Source: Dicyema japonicum
Taxonomy: Eukaryota > Animalia > Dicyemida
NCBI GenBank assembly: GCA_011109175.1
Contig: RDEW01000027.1
Span: 62,001 to 126,000 of the forward strand
DNA length: 64,000 bases
Reading direction: 5' to 3'
Part shown: positions 23,281-36,212 of the stretch, in pieces
How positions within the stretch are numbered: position 1 is the first letter of the stretch
Layout: each line of letters begins with the position of its first letter
The notes under the pieces: model-generated
Seen by the model: only the letters and a program-made list of their open reading frames with translations
Told to the model about the DNA's origin: nothing
Databases searched by the model: none
Program-made: the position numbers and the translations under genes

Positions 23281-26060
23281 TGGTAGAAACGGGGACGGTC
23301 TCATTCTCCATAGATTTCCCGCATTTTCTAGATAGTCAGATATAGAGAGTGAAAGCGGACTGCCGATTTTTATTGCCCACTGTAGAAATGACTTCACTCT
23401 CCACCTTAGGTGTTCTTTAACATTCAATACGTTATCCACAGTTTTCTTATTTATTATTTTCAACGCAGCAAGTTGTGCGGCTTCTAATTTTTGAGACGAC
23501 GATTCAGAAATCATCGAGCTCCAGGAGGGACATGCGTATTCGATTACTGGCAGTATGTATTGTCTGTAAATTTTCTGTAGTAAAAAGGTGTTGTGCCCGA
23601 TTGGTGATCGGGACAAAATTTTCAGTATGTTGGTCCTCCTCCTGACTTTGGTAATAACGTCATTGACGTGTTGGCCGAATGTCAGGAGAGTATCCAACTT
23701 TAATCCTAGTATTGTTGGAGACCTATTCATAGGAATTTCATATCCAAACAATTTGATTTTGGGAGAGTATAATGATCTTCTATATGTAGAAAAAATTGTT
23801 ATAAATGACTTTCCTGTAGAAACTTCCAGTCGATTTGATATGAGCCAGTGTTCCAACATACCAATATAACTTTGAAGTTTTATCCATCCTTTCTCATATT
23901 AGAGTCTCTCGTCGCAAGAACAATATCATCTGCGTATGAGAGTATCAATGTATCGGGATCATCATTGGTGGGAAGGTCATTGGTGTACAAGTTGAAGAGC
24001 AGGGGAGAGAGAGGTGAACCTTGAGGGACATCATTCGCCAATAAACGGGATTTAGATTTTCTGTTGTCCAACATCACTTGTCCTCTTCTTCCATTTAGAA
24101 AGTTCGACAGCCATCTTTTAATGTTTGGATTTATAAGAGTGTCAGAAATTTTCTCTATAAGTAGCGTCCGGGACACGGAGTCGAATGCTTTCTTCAAGTC
24201 TATTGAAGCCATTATGGTCCTTTTATGTGGTTTTGGATAGGAGAATCCATCAGATATATATTGAGTTAATTTTGTTAAGTGAGTCGTAGTAGAATGATTT
24301 TCACAGAATCCATGCTGGAATACTCGATTTGGTACAATATCTTTGATTCGTGTTAAGATTAATTTTTCTAAAATTCGGGACATCGCACATAGTATTGCAA
24401 TTGGACGATAAGAAGAGGGATCGTTTGCAGGTTTGTTTGGCTTCCGAATTGGCAGAATTATGGATTTCTTCCATATAGAAGGTATCATATATTGTTCACA
24501 GATAGAGTATAAACGTATTATAGGAATTTGGTTGCTTTTTCACCAAGATGTTTCAGTTCCATCATCGAGACATTGTCAGCACCTCGGGAACGGGAGTTTT
24601 TGGCATCCATGATTGCGTTTCGAACTTCTTGCGGAGTAAAGACAATCAAATCATATGATGGATACAACTTCTTCTTGTAGACTCTGTGTTCCCTCGAAAA
24701 ATATTTATGGCTGATTCCGACATAGTGCTTCATTAAAATATTTAGGTCTATGTTGCTACATCCCTGTCCGTGGAGGTCTTTCTCAGAGCCTTCATTGCAT
24801 TTTCTCAAATATTTAATTTTCCTCCATATAAGCGTCTCGGATGTATTTGGCGATAGAAAATCAATAAGTGATGCCCATCGCTTCTTGTTTCTAGACTGGG
24901 TAACTTGTTTAATTTGTATATTTAAGGTTTTCATTTTTTTGGAAATCGTCATTTGATACTTACTTTTGCTTCTTTAATTTATTTCTTTCTCTGATAAGTG
25001 TTTTTGTATGCATATTATAATATGTATTCCTTGTTTGATAGCATCCTATTGGAATAAATAGTTTTCTTGCTTTGAGTATAATGTCCGTGAAAGTTTTGAT
25101 CCATGTGGTCAATTGATGAGAATATCAATGTGTAAAATACTTCCATATTGGTGTCGATGTAATTAGAGAAGTTGGACCAATCTACGCTTTCAAAGTTTAA
25201 AAAAGTGTAATTCTGTCAGATAAATTTGTTTTCAGTGTTTATTTTCATCATAATAGGGTTGTGATCACTTCTTGGTTTATATTTTACAGTCCAGTTGATG
25301 AGGGGAAACATTGATGGGGAACATGAGGAGTGGTCAGGGGATGTAGGTTTGTCTCCTTTTCGAGTAGGTGTTCTTGTATTGCTTACGGTGTTATTCAATA
25401 TACAAAATTGTTCCAAATTTCTACCAGTAGGTTTCCTCTACTGTCTGGTTTCTAGCCTTCATACCATAATTGATGTTTGGCGTTGATGTCACCGCATAGT
25501 AGTACGTTTTTGAGGTTTGAGAATATCTGTAGGTTAGGGTAGTACCCACTTGGACAGGAGGTATTAGGGGGAATATATACATTGACAATATTTATAGTTT
25601 TCCTAGGAATTCTAAAATTTATGCCAATTAGTTCCAAAGGGTCATATTCTAGATAGAGTTTTCTGATTTTGTTTGAAACATCTTCATATTGAATTCCATT
25701 TCTTATTAGTGTCATTAGTCCTCCACCAAGCTTAATCTTTCTGTCTTTACGGATAATGGAGTATCCGGAAAAGGTTAGGGTTCGTATGTTTGCTTTTAGT
25801 TTTGTCTCTTGGACTAGAGCAATGTCAATTTCATTACTATTGAGTAAGTGGCGGACTTCCAGCACCTTGTTTCGTATTCCGTTAATATTGATCTGGACCA
25901 GGTTGATTTCAGGGCCTGGGTTGGATTCGACGTCACCACACAAAATTAGAGCGTACCTAAAAAACCATCCTCTTTCATAGATAGGAATAGGGAAAGTGTA
26001 GTTCTTTTCAACATCATGTGATGCACAACACCACCATACAGGTGAAAGACATTTATTAAA
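23281..26060 (-). mobile_element. Near full-length (~2.8 kb) Ingi/Vingi-like LINE: 2A-APE-RT in one ORF, now frameshifted
   Basis: CGDVESNPGP, then APE (VQININGIRNK, GDINAKH, SPDH, SDHNPI), then RT (YRPIAIL, QHGF, KPHKRTIMASIDLKKAFDSV, VPQGSPLSPLLF, YADD), then the post-RT region. No RNase H seen. Confidence 0.85.
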
Positions 26061-26452
26061 AATTTCGGATTAATTTATTTTGGTTTTATTGCACATTTAA
26101 ATTAATTTACATTTTTAATTTAAAGTCTTACAGTGCCACCTGGTTAGAAAGAGGACCGAAATTTCTATTGCACATGAAAGAAAGATTTGTGAAATAAAAA
26201 AATAAATCTAAAATGACTCTCAAATTATTCCATATTTGTGAAATAAAAATTAATCTTTATTTAAGAATTTCGACACTTAGAAATTCTTTAAAATCGTGAA
26301 AATGGAAAAACTGTGAAACCATGATTAACAAGTCAAGACAACCAGGTGGTAAACATCATCAACTTGATAAATCACTTGTTGAATGGATTTCAAGGATGGA
26401 TACAATCAATGGTTTTATTACTGAAGATATCAGCACTTCAAAAGCTAAAGTA

Positions 26453-27941
26453 CAGTCAAGTCTCTCAAATCTGCCAACTTCGGGGATCGGCTTAATCTGC
26501 CGGATTCAGAGAGTATTAATTTTTTTATCCATTAATAATGTAAATCAAAAAATTAATCATAAGCAAAAGAATCAGTAAGTTTTGATTTGTTTCTTTTTAG
26601 AGTTCGGATCATTGCAGATCCAAGCTTTTTAATAGACTCAGGATTTTCGACATTAAAGAATTTTTTTGATTATAGATTTTTTAATTTATTTAAGGCTAGA
26701 CCTATCTATCTTGTTCCAAGCATAATATGTGAATAATATTGGATCTTTTAAGTTTAATTTTTTGTATGCAAAATAGAGATTTATCCCAGCTTCAATTTTC
26801 TGAATAATATTAGAAAATTTAAGAGAATTGAAATTGCATTTGTACGATTTGATTATACCCTGATCCAGTGGTTGCAAAAACGACGTTGTATTCGCTGGTA
26901 GAAATATTATTTCAATTTGGTTTAATTCAAACAAAACCTAATGTATTCTTATGTGCAGGACATTTATCTACAGCAATTTCCCATTTCAAAAGAAATTGAT
27001 TAATAATTCGGATATCCATCCATGTTTTTTGAATTAGAATATGTGACATATTTTTTAATATCAAAATTTTTGAAATATCTAGGATTTTTAAACATTCTTA
27101 TAAGTAAGGGTGTTTGTTTATCTGTAACGTCCACATTTGTACATAACATGACTGAAACTCTGTCTTTCAACACTTTATAACCTGATTAAAGGTTTTTACA
27201 AACACTTTTGGACGGTATCATTTTGTAAATAAACTAGTTTCGTCGGCATTATAAACATTTTGATCTCCTTAGAGATTGATTTTATTTTTGATTAATTCAA
27301 TAAAATCTGATACCACATTAGAGTCAAAATTTAAAGTTGTAGATTCTCCATGCATATTTTGTAACTTCAAACCATTCCTCTTTTTAAATTTAACAAGCCA
27401 CCCCTTGCTTCTTTTGAAATCAGGGATCTCTTGTTTCAATGCAAATGTTTTGGCTTTCTCAGTAATAATATAATCGTTCGAAATGGCTCCATTAACATCC
27501 ATTGAATTAACCCAAGAAATCGTATCATAATCGATTTCACTAAACTTTAAATATTCTTTGCGAGAAATGTTATATCGTAGGTCATTCAACATATTTTTAG
27601 ATCCTCTTTTACTTCTCAGATTATCGATAAGTGCATATATTTTTTGGAAAAAAAATTATAAAATTTTTATAGAAGGAAATTCAATATTCGATTCAATAAA
27701 CATTAAAATGGCAATTTTTTGTTTGTTTTTTATTTGTGTACAGTTACGTTTCATGAAAACAACAATAGACAATGTTAATAAGTTAATTATTTAACTATAA
27801 AATTATTTAAAAAATCATTTAAAATTAAGAGACATGGCGTATTCATTTAAAAAATCTGGCGGATTCAAAAAATTTTGTTAGAAAAAATGGCGTATTCAAG
27901 AATTTATTAGCAGTAATTGGCGGATTCGAGAGACTTTACTG
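26453..27941 (-). mobile_element. Inner pogo/Tigger transposon with TIRs and TA target duplication
   Basis: 25-bp TIRs (CAGTCAAGTCTCTCAAATCTGCCAA / CAGTAAAGTCTCTCGAATCCGCCAA, 22/25) with TA on both sides. Transposase: KGWLVKFKKRNG, YNADET, FLPANTTSFLQPLDQGII. Confidence 0.92.
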
Positions 27942-28119
27942 TATTTGATGAAAAGTTTGGAATCGATGATGTTGAATTTACTAAAGGCTGGCTACACAGA
28001 TTTGAAGAAAGGTTTAATTTTAAACTTAAAGTTCTTTACGCAAAAGCTAACAGCTTAACAAAAGATGAAAGTAATTTGAATAGACAAAATATGATTCAGT
28101 TAAATTGGACATCACCCTA

Positions 28120-28470
28120 TACTTAAAACGCTCTACTCACAGTACATCGAACCATGCATTTCATATGCGTGTACTTCATGGAGACCACTGGCCTCTTATA
28201 CGAACATCCAGAAAATTTCCGCAACCCAGAAAAGAGCCTTCAAACTAACGGAGAGATGGTACACAAGGGAAAACATTAAATCACCGACGCCCATGGAGAA
28301 AGTAATCAAAAAAAACAAAAATGGACACCAATGCCAAAAAGAAAGTGCTCGTCCGCAACGAACTTGTGTAGGCTCAAGGGATCAACACCGAGCAAAGATG
28401 AGTTGACCCTGACGTATCGCTAAACGTGGAAGAAACTGGACTTTTTTTTCAATCTTTTCCTTCTAGAACA
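28120..28470 (+). mobile_element. LINE 3' fragment inserted in the outer Tigger
   Basis: KTLYSQYIEPCISYACTSW, a post-RT motif. Confidence 0.65.
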
Positions 28471-29664
28471 ATTTCATCAAAGATAAAAAATGCATAAAGC
28501 AATCAAAAGTGAGGATCACTATAGCTCTCTGTACTAATGCAACTTAACAATAAAAATTAAACTTTTTGTTATTGGACATAGTAAAAGACGAGATTTTTAA
28601 AAGATTTGAAAAATATTTGCAAATAAAAGGGCTAGGCTGACAGAACTCTTAAATGTTTTCAATTAAAATTTTCGGAAAAAAGTTTTTTTTACTGATTGAT
28701 AATGCTCCAAACTACGATTATCAATTTTTTGAAAACATTGAAATTTTATTCCTTCCAAAAAAACGCAACCTCAACTAATGGACGCAGGAATAATCAAGAA
28801 CTTTAAGCATTATTATAGAAAAAGGCTTATTTTGGATTATATGGAAGCCTTTGATTTGGAAAAGATTTTTTGTGAATTTATGGAAGGCCATCATTATGGT
28901 ATTTCACGCATGAAATAAAATAAAGAAGGCACAACAAAAAATTGTTTTAAAATACAGGGACAATATAATGTCTCGATTCATCTGCTATAAGATCCTGTTT
29001 TGGATGTGTACAAAAAAGATCTGGAAAACTTGCTAATAAGGAAGAAATAACTCATACAGAAACTCTCGACAAGAATAAAATCTTAATCATTTTTTGTGAA
29101 GGTTATAACGCCGACTATGAAATTATTGATGCTGAAATGGAGAGACTGATGTAGAAATTTCGCCAATACAATTACTTTCACAATTCGAAAGGCATCTAAA
29201 TTTTTTTTGTTCAGATTAATGAGGGTTTACTGTATTTTTCTCTGACCCTACTCCACCTTCAAATTTGCCTCCACGCCAGATACATCTGACTGGTCTCTGA
29301 GAGCAATCGTTTTGATTGTTACCTTCCTACTGTCACAAATTTTCTTCAGAAACTTTGGGTAAATAAATATTTGTCCGTCATATTGTTCAATAATATTAGA
29401 AATAAGTGGAAATGTGTATATTCTGTAAAATGTGGGTACGCCACTTCCTCAGCCTGGCCAATAAACTACAAGACTGACAAATTATCGTACAAAAAGATAA
29501 AAAGTTTAAAGAACATATATTCTGGTAGATATCGCAGTCACTTAATCGATTCTATTGTTTTTAAGCGCTCTTCGGGGTTGATTAATGTTCCATACTAATC
29601 CGTTCAAGGAGTTTAACAGAGATTAAACAATCATAAAATATTACAGATAAGTGATATCCACTAA

Positions 29665-29765
29665 AAAATCAGACACTTGGTTGATAGCAGAACCAGTTTA
29701 TACATTTTTGGTTGATAGAAAAACCACAATCAGACAATTGATTGATAGCAGAACCAGTTTATATG
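29665..29765. repeat. Short imperfect direct repeats (ATCAGACA..TTG[G/A]TTGATAGCAGAACCAGTTTATA)
   Basis: Two near-identical ~35-bp units with a partial unit between them; probably a transposon subterminal region. Confidence 0.55.
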
Positions 29766-30419
29766 AGCCATTTTTCACTAATCAATGGTTATTTGGCAAA
29801 TAACGTCGAATGACAGAATTAATCATTTTTAGATTCAGGAGTTAATGCACAAAAAACTAATTTTAGCAAAAATAGATAGATTAAATAATTTTTTCTTTAT
29901 CTTGCCTTCGGCTTTTATAAATTCTTATATTAAAACGCAACTAAAAAAAGTTATCTCGTCGCGTCTGCAACACCGTGGACAATTTTTACTGTTAGATTCT
30001 TCCACACTCTCCTTGAGAAAAGATTATTCGGAAAACGTCTAAATCGTCTGCATTTTCGAGTTTCTTATTACAGTCACAAGATCTTGGTGAATAGCAATGG
30101 GGAGAAAGTAGCATGAATGTCCGCGGTTTTCACAACTGCTCTGGAAGTAAGCTTCCATAGCATTTTTTTCAGGAACTGCTTCATCTATTCATAGGATATT
30201 TTAAAATAACTTCCACCTTTCCCATTCTCATGGTTAATTATTTTTTGTATTTTTTTATCAATTCTTTTCTACTAATGGATCACTTGATGGCAGAGGGCTT
30301 AAACGAACCCAGAAAATGTGTGTTTTGTCGCAGGATTTATTAAAATACGAAGTTTCTATTTGTTATTTACAAAAAAAAATAAATTATCAAAAGACGATTA
30401 AGAAATAAGAAAAATACGC

Positions 30420-31100
30420 CTTTTCTTTTCTACAATCGGACTGTCGGCATCACGGCCTCAGAATCGCAATCCATAGAGACCTTATGGAACGATTAACCAA
30501 ATATAGATGATCGTATCACGGTCTTGCAGCTCAAATATGGGAAAGACACCAACTCATTAATCTCGATAATCAACATAAAGGAGCGATGGATGCTAAAATT
30601 TCTGAATTGTTTAGCGACTTATACGCCTCGTTCATATCCGCTACCGCGAAGTCTCTTCCACCTGTCTATTATTCATTGCTGGTGACTTGAAAACTAAGGT
30701 CGGAATAGCAAAGAAAGGGGATGATTGCATTCCAGCTCATGGTAGAAACATAAGGACAGTAACTAAAAAAGTTTTGAAATTATTATAACCTATTCTTGTG
30801 CAACACTGTAATTCCAGACATTTAAATATTTCGACTGGAACTAGAGAAGATGAATTTGGAGACCCAGTTTATATGCAATCAAATTGACTGCATTCTTTGT
30901 AGAAAGGATAAGTGCGGGTTACTAACCCAAGCAAGATCGTATGGTGGGTCAACAACAAATACTGACCACAAATTGGAGGCTGTCTGTTTCTACTTAAAAG
31001 TAACTTTGCTATTATTTGATCCACCAGAACTAAACAACAACAAACAACAACGATTTATTGACAAAAGAGTTAAGGAGATTTCTGGAGGGTATTACATCTG
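30420..31100 (+). mobile_element. RTE APE relic
   Basis: NQIDCILC...QARSYGGSTTNTDHKL. Confidence 0.7.
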
Positions 31101-31119
31101 AGTCCTACCATAAGGCTTG

Positions 31120-33170
31120 GACTTCACACCTGGACCCTTCCTCCTTTTTTTATTATTAATCTTTTTCAGGACGTTTCTCCCAGCTTTATATACGTGTCCT
31201 GGACCTTTGATCTCCTCCTGAAACCATTGATCCGATCCTCCACAATCTTGCTAATCGGTTCTAAGAGCTTGTTTTCGTCCTCGCTTAGACAGTCTTTCAG
31301 TTTCTTGTTTAAGGAGAGCTTAATTGCAGCTCTTCTAGTCTTCTCTAGGAGGGATAAGATGTTGTCCCTCTTCGGAAAAAAGAACCATCCCCCGCACCCA
31401 CAAAGTAGGCTAGGGAGAATAACTCCCTTGAAGATAAACAGGTAAGTGTCACGGCTAACGTGTAACTTCCGTGTACATAGGAGCGACTGAAAGGCTCTCT
31501 TTCTCCTCCCCTTTATGTCGTCCATGTAATCTCCTGCGTGTCCATAGTCGACCCCCAGGTAGCGCAGACTGTGTGAATTGTTTACTCCCAGTGTGTATTC
31601 TTGTTTCAGGTGCTTTTTCAAACTGCTTATTCGGAGTGCGCAAGATTTTTCAGCAGAGAGCTTTAGCCCTCTCAAGTTGCACCAATGCTCAATCTGGTCG
31701 ACATACTCCCGGATTCTTCCTTCGGATATAGAAGATTTTAGAGATGTGTCCACCACGCATAAATAAGAAGACTAGTATTAATATTCCTCGGACGTGGAAA
31801 ACTCGCCATAAATATATTAAACAAAATAAAGCTCGATACTGAACCTTGAGGTACTTCTCTTTTGAATGATATTGCATCAGATATATATCCACACACCTTC
31901 ACAAAAGATTGTCTTTCCTGAAGATAATTTCTTAGGCAAACAAATAGATATCTTGGAACACATGCTGATACAAGCTGCTTTAACAACGCTTCATGGCATA
32001 CACTGTCGAATGCTTTCGAGATATCAAGACATAATAAGTTTATTTGTCTCTTGGAATCCTTTGCTTTCATGATTTCAGAATTCAGTAGAAAGAAACAGTC
32101 TGCACAGCCTCTTCCGGGACGAAAACCCCACTGCTCCGGAATCAGAAAGTCGTTTTCTTCTATATGTCTGCTTAGCCTTTTGAAAATGATACGTTCAATC
32201 ACTTTCGCGAAAGAACATATTAAGCTAATTGGTCTGTAGCTTGCCGGATCTCTCTTTGGCTTCCCTGGTTTTGGAATCATCCTCACAACCGCTTTCTTTC
32301 ATATTAAAGGCAAGTGGCCAAGTCATAAACACCCATCATAAAGACATCGCAGACTGTCAAACAAAAATCCGGACCCTCTTTGATAAGTTTTATTGATATG
32401 TGGTCATATCCTGGAGCATTGACCTTGCATTCCCTGATAGCTGTCATCACTTCAAAGATACTGACAGTGCTATCAGCAATAGGTAGTACCTCGTCGGAGT
32501 GTTTAAATATATCGGCAGACACCTTCTTTTTGTCATCAGGGATCAAACTAAACGGATCCACACCCCGAATTTTTTGGAGCTGATCCCTGAATATCGAAGG
32601 TGTTTTCTCCGTTATGCATACTCCCCCGTCTGGTTTATCCAGTATAATTTTTTCTCCACCCGACTTCGGACACATTATCTTCTGATAGTATTTCCAAAAA
32701 GAGGGATTCTTCATATCAATTTTTGCAGCCTCAGCCCTCCATATACGGTCAGTCTCCTCCTTCCATATATTGCTGATTGCTTCCTTCATCATCCTGATTC
32801 TGGCTGATATAAATCCCCCGTATATTTTGTCAACACAACGGTATTGCTTTGCCCTTAGGCGATTCCTTTCCCGAATAAGCCTCATAATAATTGGCGACAC
32901 AAAATAATGATTTTTTTGAGATAACCCTTCGTGAATACATATGAAGATATGACTGCAGTATATTTGTTAATTCTCTACTTGCAGCATTGATACCTTCTAT
33001 GGTTGAAAACTCTCTCGGTAGAACACACAAATTATTAGATATGAAGACCGTATAGTGGGCCCAATCCAAGTTAGATGTGTTGAACTTCAAGAAGACATCT
33101 TCCATAACATCTGGTCTCAAAGTAATAACTAGTTCTTGTGGAATATGCTCACTCCCGATATCCTATAGAG
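31120..33170 (-). mobile_element. APE-type LINE relic (linker, RT, C-terminus, A-rich tail)
   Basis: APGYDHI, YRPISLICSFAKVIERII, QWGFRPGR, LDISKAFDSV, VPQGSV; frameshifted. Confidence 0.85.
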
Positions 33171-33699
33171 TTTTTGGCTTTCCCACATACACAGATAAAG
33201 CTGGCGATACTAGGAATACGCCGAGTTTGTCGCCACCATGATAAGAAAAATGATTTGGGTCATCCGACGTAAGGATCACAAAGAACTAAAAACATTCTTG
33301 AAAGAGATATAATGTTGGAAAAATAGGAAAACTAGTTGACAACGATACTGTGTTCAATAATATACCCACGAGCCGCCAATAGGAGCTCTTTATGACGAAA
33401 CATAAAATGATCACAAAAAGTGCTAGTAACCTGCAAAAAACAAGGGAAAGATAACGACCCAGTATTGAAAATTATCCTTAAATGAAAAAGACCTACGCTT
33501 AAAAATTAAAAACTTTAAATCTTTGGATATTGTAAGAGCACGAAAACAGAAAAAAAATTATTTTACAAAAATAAACAAAAAGAACATGAAAACAAAATTA
33601 TTTTCAATGCCTTGGATTAATTGCTTTTGATTAATTATCACGACTGTTTTTACTTTTTAAATGAAGTGAGTTCTGCCTAAGCTGAGGTTAAACTAATAG

Positions 33700-34930
33700 A
33701 AACATACTCTTTGGCAGCAGGGATGTTGTTGTGTGTTGGTACAAAAGTCACAGCGAGAAAGAGAACATTAAAAGCACTCGAAGAAATCGAAAAGTATAAA
33801 ATTGCATTAAAATGTTCAAAACTATCCGAATCCTCAACCGTGAAAAACTACAAAATGAGATCATGACAACGATGACAAAATAGTCATTTGTCCGAGTAGA
33901 AAAATTGAACTGATATCCGAACATTTCTGCAATCAATTCAATAAATATATAAAAAATCTTTGGAGAACTGAGAAAGATGCCAAAAAACTAAGGATGCAAT
34001 CACAAACCTTAACAACGGAAGATCTGCAGGACCAGATAACGTCTCAACCGAGCTTTTAAGACTTGGCACGCCAACGATAGCAATAACCGAATTTTTAATA
34101 TGTTAATAGAAACAAGGTTTTTCGAATATTTTGGATATGGTCTTCTACTTCCTTTGCATAAATTGGGGGGAACATAAAGGCCCTTTAAATAACTCATGAG
34201 TAATAATCTTCTTAACTACTTTACGGAAAAAATTATCTTTGATCTGTCTAACAGAATAAGAGAAAAAGTTGAAGACTTATTTTCGCCTAGTCATTGCTGC
34301 TTCCGGGCTGGAAGATCTATAGCAGATGCCACATGAACACATCGGTGGATTTCTACGCTATGACATAAATATCAAAAAATGACATATATTTTAGGTTTAG
34401 ACATGTCGAGGATTTTAATATCGTGAACAGAGGTAAACTTATGATGTTTTGGACAAAGAAGAAGTCAAGATTATCCGTCTCCTAATTATGAATTATTTCA
34501 CTATCTGTAGACTCAGAAGATGTAATACACGGAAAGACTTTAGTGACAGCCTCTAGAGAAAATCAGGTCATTATTTTCGAAAGAAAAATATCTCAGAACA
34601 AAAACGAGATTAAGACTTTACAACTCTTATTTTCCCAGTCCTAACTTACAATTCTGCGACTGGATGTATTTCTGAGAGTGAATTAGAAAAACTAGACTCA
34701 TTCCACCAAAATCAACTCCGAAAGAAAATAATCAATTCAAAACTATATGAAATTACACATTGCCAGAAATGGAAATTGTTTGGTCACATTCTACGATTGG
34801 GAATTGATGTTCCGGCAAATGATGTTATGAATGCGTACTGTAATTGCTATGGAATTGGTAAAAGACCGACAACTACCTTAACCATAGTTTTGAATAAAAA
34901 CCTTTTAAAACTGAGTCTAAGTCTGAGGAG
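33700..34930 (+). mobile_element. RTE-type LINE relic
   Basis: Plus-strand NNGRSAGPDNVSTELLRL and downstream RT remnants with many stops. Confidence 0.65.
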
Positions 34931-34984
34931 GATCTAGATATAATAAGAGCTACACTTGGAATAGAAAACGCTGGATGCGACTAA

Positions 34985-35250
34985 CAAAGCGGGGGGTAAA
35001 ACCAAACTAACTGATTCCTTGATCCTGACACGTTCCTGCAAAACCCTCACCCAAGCACAATGATCCAGAGGTTGGTAGCTGAAGTCAATTCCAGAATCCG
35101 ACACCAAGGAGCGAAATTGTCTTCCGGTGGAATGAATAGATAGATCATTTTGAATGCCGGTCCGGCTTTGAGCGTCTCCTGAGTAAGGTGGATCCAATGC
35201 GCCACCCAAGAAAAGTAAGAGAAAACTCAATTAATTAACCACGTGGAAAG
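34985..35250 (-). mobile_element. Non-autonomous bipartite element (family B variant)
   Basis: Pseudoknot variant at 35143-35203 (GGATCCACCTTACTCAGGAGACGC) and a LINE-like tail. Confidence 0.7.
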
Positions 35251-35339
35251 AATGTGGCACAAGAGAAAATTCTAATTAATTATTGTTTTAAAAGTTATTT
35301 ATAATATCTTTTATTAATCATTGTAAGCAGTCAATAAAC

Positions 35340-35860
35340 TCTGAGGCTCATTTACTCGCTGCAATAGGATGCTTAACAGCGACTACATGAGAAGGCACGA
35401 CGAAGTGATTGGGAACATGCGTTACACTTATGCAGAATGTATGGAGTCAAAAAGTCAAAGAAACTGAAGACGCATTCTGTCAATTCTATTTTCAGTACTC
35501 AAATAGCTGAAATCCGGGTAGATACATCTATAAAGACAGATACGCAGGTTAGTTTAATAAACCTTGTTTTCGTCCACTATAAAATGAAGAATAAGGTTGT
35601 ACTCATTGAGATTTGAACTACTTCCAAGATTATTAAAGAACACTGAAGTGGAAAAATTTATTTAATGGCTGAAGAGCTTAAACTAATGTGTGGTGCTTCA
35701 GTCAGTTTTACCTATTGTTCTAACATGGAACGGTGTCGTTTCGAAGGCCTATAAATCTCAGTTGAGGTCCATCGCAATCGTCAACTAGAACATACATTCA
35801 ATTCATTGTCCTCAAGAAGACGTTGGAGAACATGATATCAAACAAATGTTTTTTGGTGTG
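35340..35860 (+). mobile_element. RLE domain relic of an R2/NeSL-like element
   Basis: RRHEK...AEIRVDTSIKT...VVLIEI; homologous in layout to 13150-14110. Confidence 0.55.
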
Positions 35861-35921
35861 TCAACTCCAACAGATATATCAGAATCTACTTTCTTTGATT
35901 AATTATTTTTTAATTAATTTA

Positions 35922-36212
35922 TTAACCCCGGATACACCGAAAAAGAAGTTAAAGTAAACAACTAATTAAGTGAATCCAGTGTTCCACTTCTACAGAAACA
36001 AAGTCCATCCGGAATCAGCATAAAAGGTAAGACGTCCATTACATGCAGTTATGGAAACCCCTCCAGTGGAGTGGGGAAGAGCAAATGATCTTTTTTCGTG
36101 GCGGCCTGGTACTGGGCGTCACCTAGACAGGTGGATCACATGACGCCACTCTAATAGGAAGAGAGAGGAGGAACAGACAAGCAAGCAGAAAACTTCAACC
36201 AATTAACCACTC
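35922..36212 (-). mobile_element. Non-autonomous bipartite element (family B)
   Basis: Pseudoknot at 36086-36147, hairpin CCCCACTCCACTGGAGGGG and tail CGGTGTATCCGGGGTTAAT. Confidence 0.85.

Larger units (their letters stand above)
26300..29232 (+). mobile_element. Outer pogo/Tigger (CENP-B-like) transposon, interrupted by two insertions
   Basis: HTH halves at 26321-26452 and from 27944; DDE region LIDNAP...LMDAGII near 28700-28800; terminal ...TTTACTG+TA at 29232. Confidence 0.75.

Noticed and set aside
29665-29765. CRISPR-like repeat
   Set aside because: Only two to three imperfect units without unique regular spacers, in a eukaryotic context with no cas genes.
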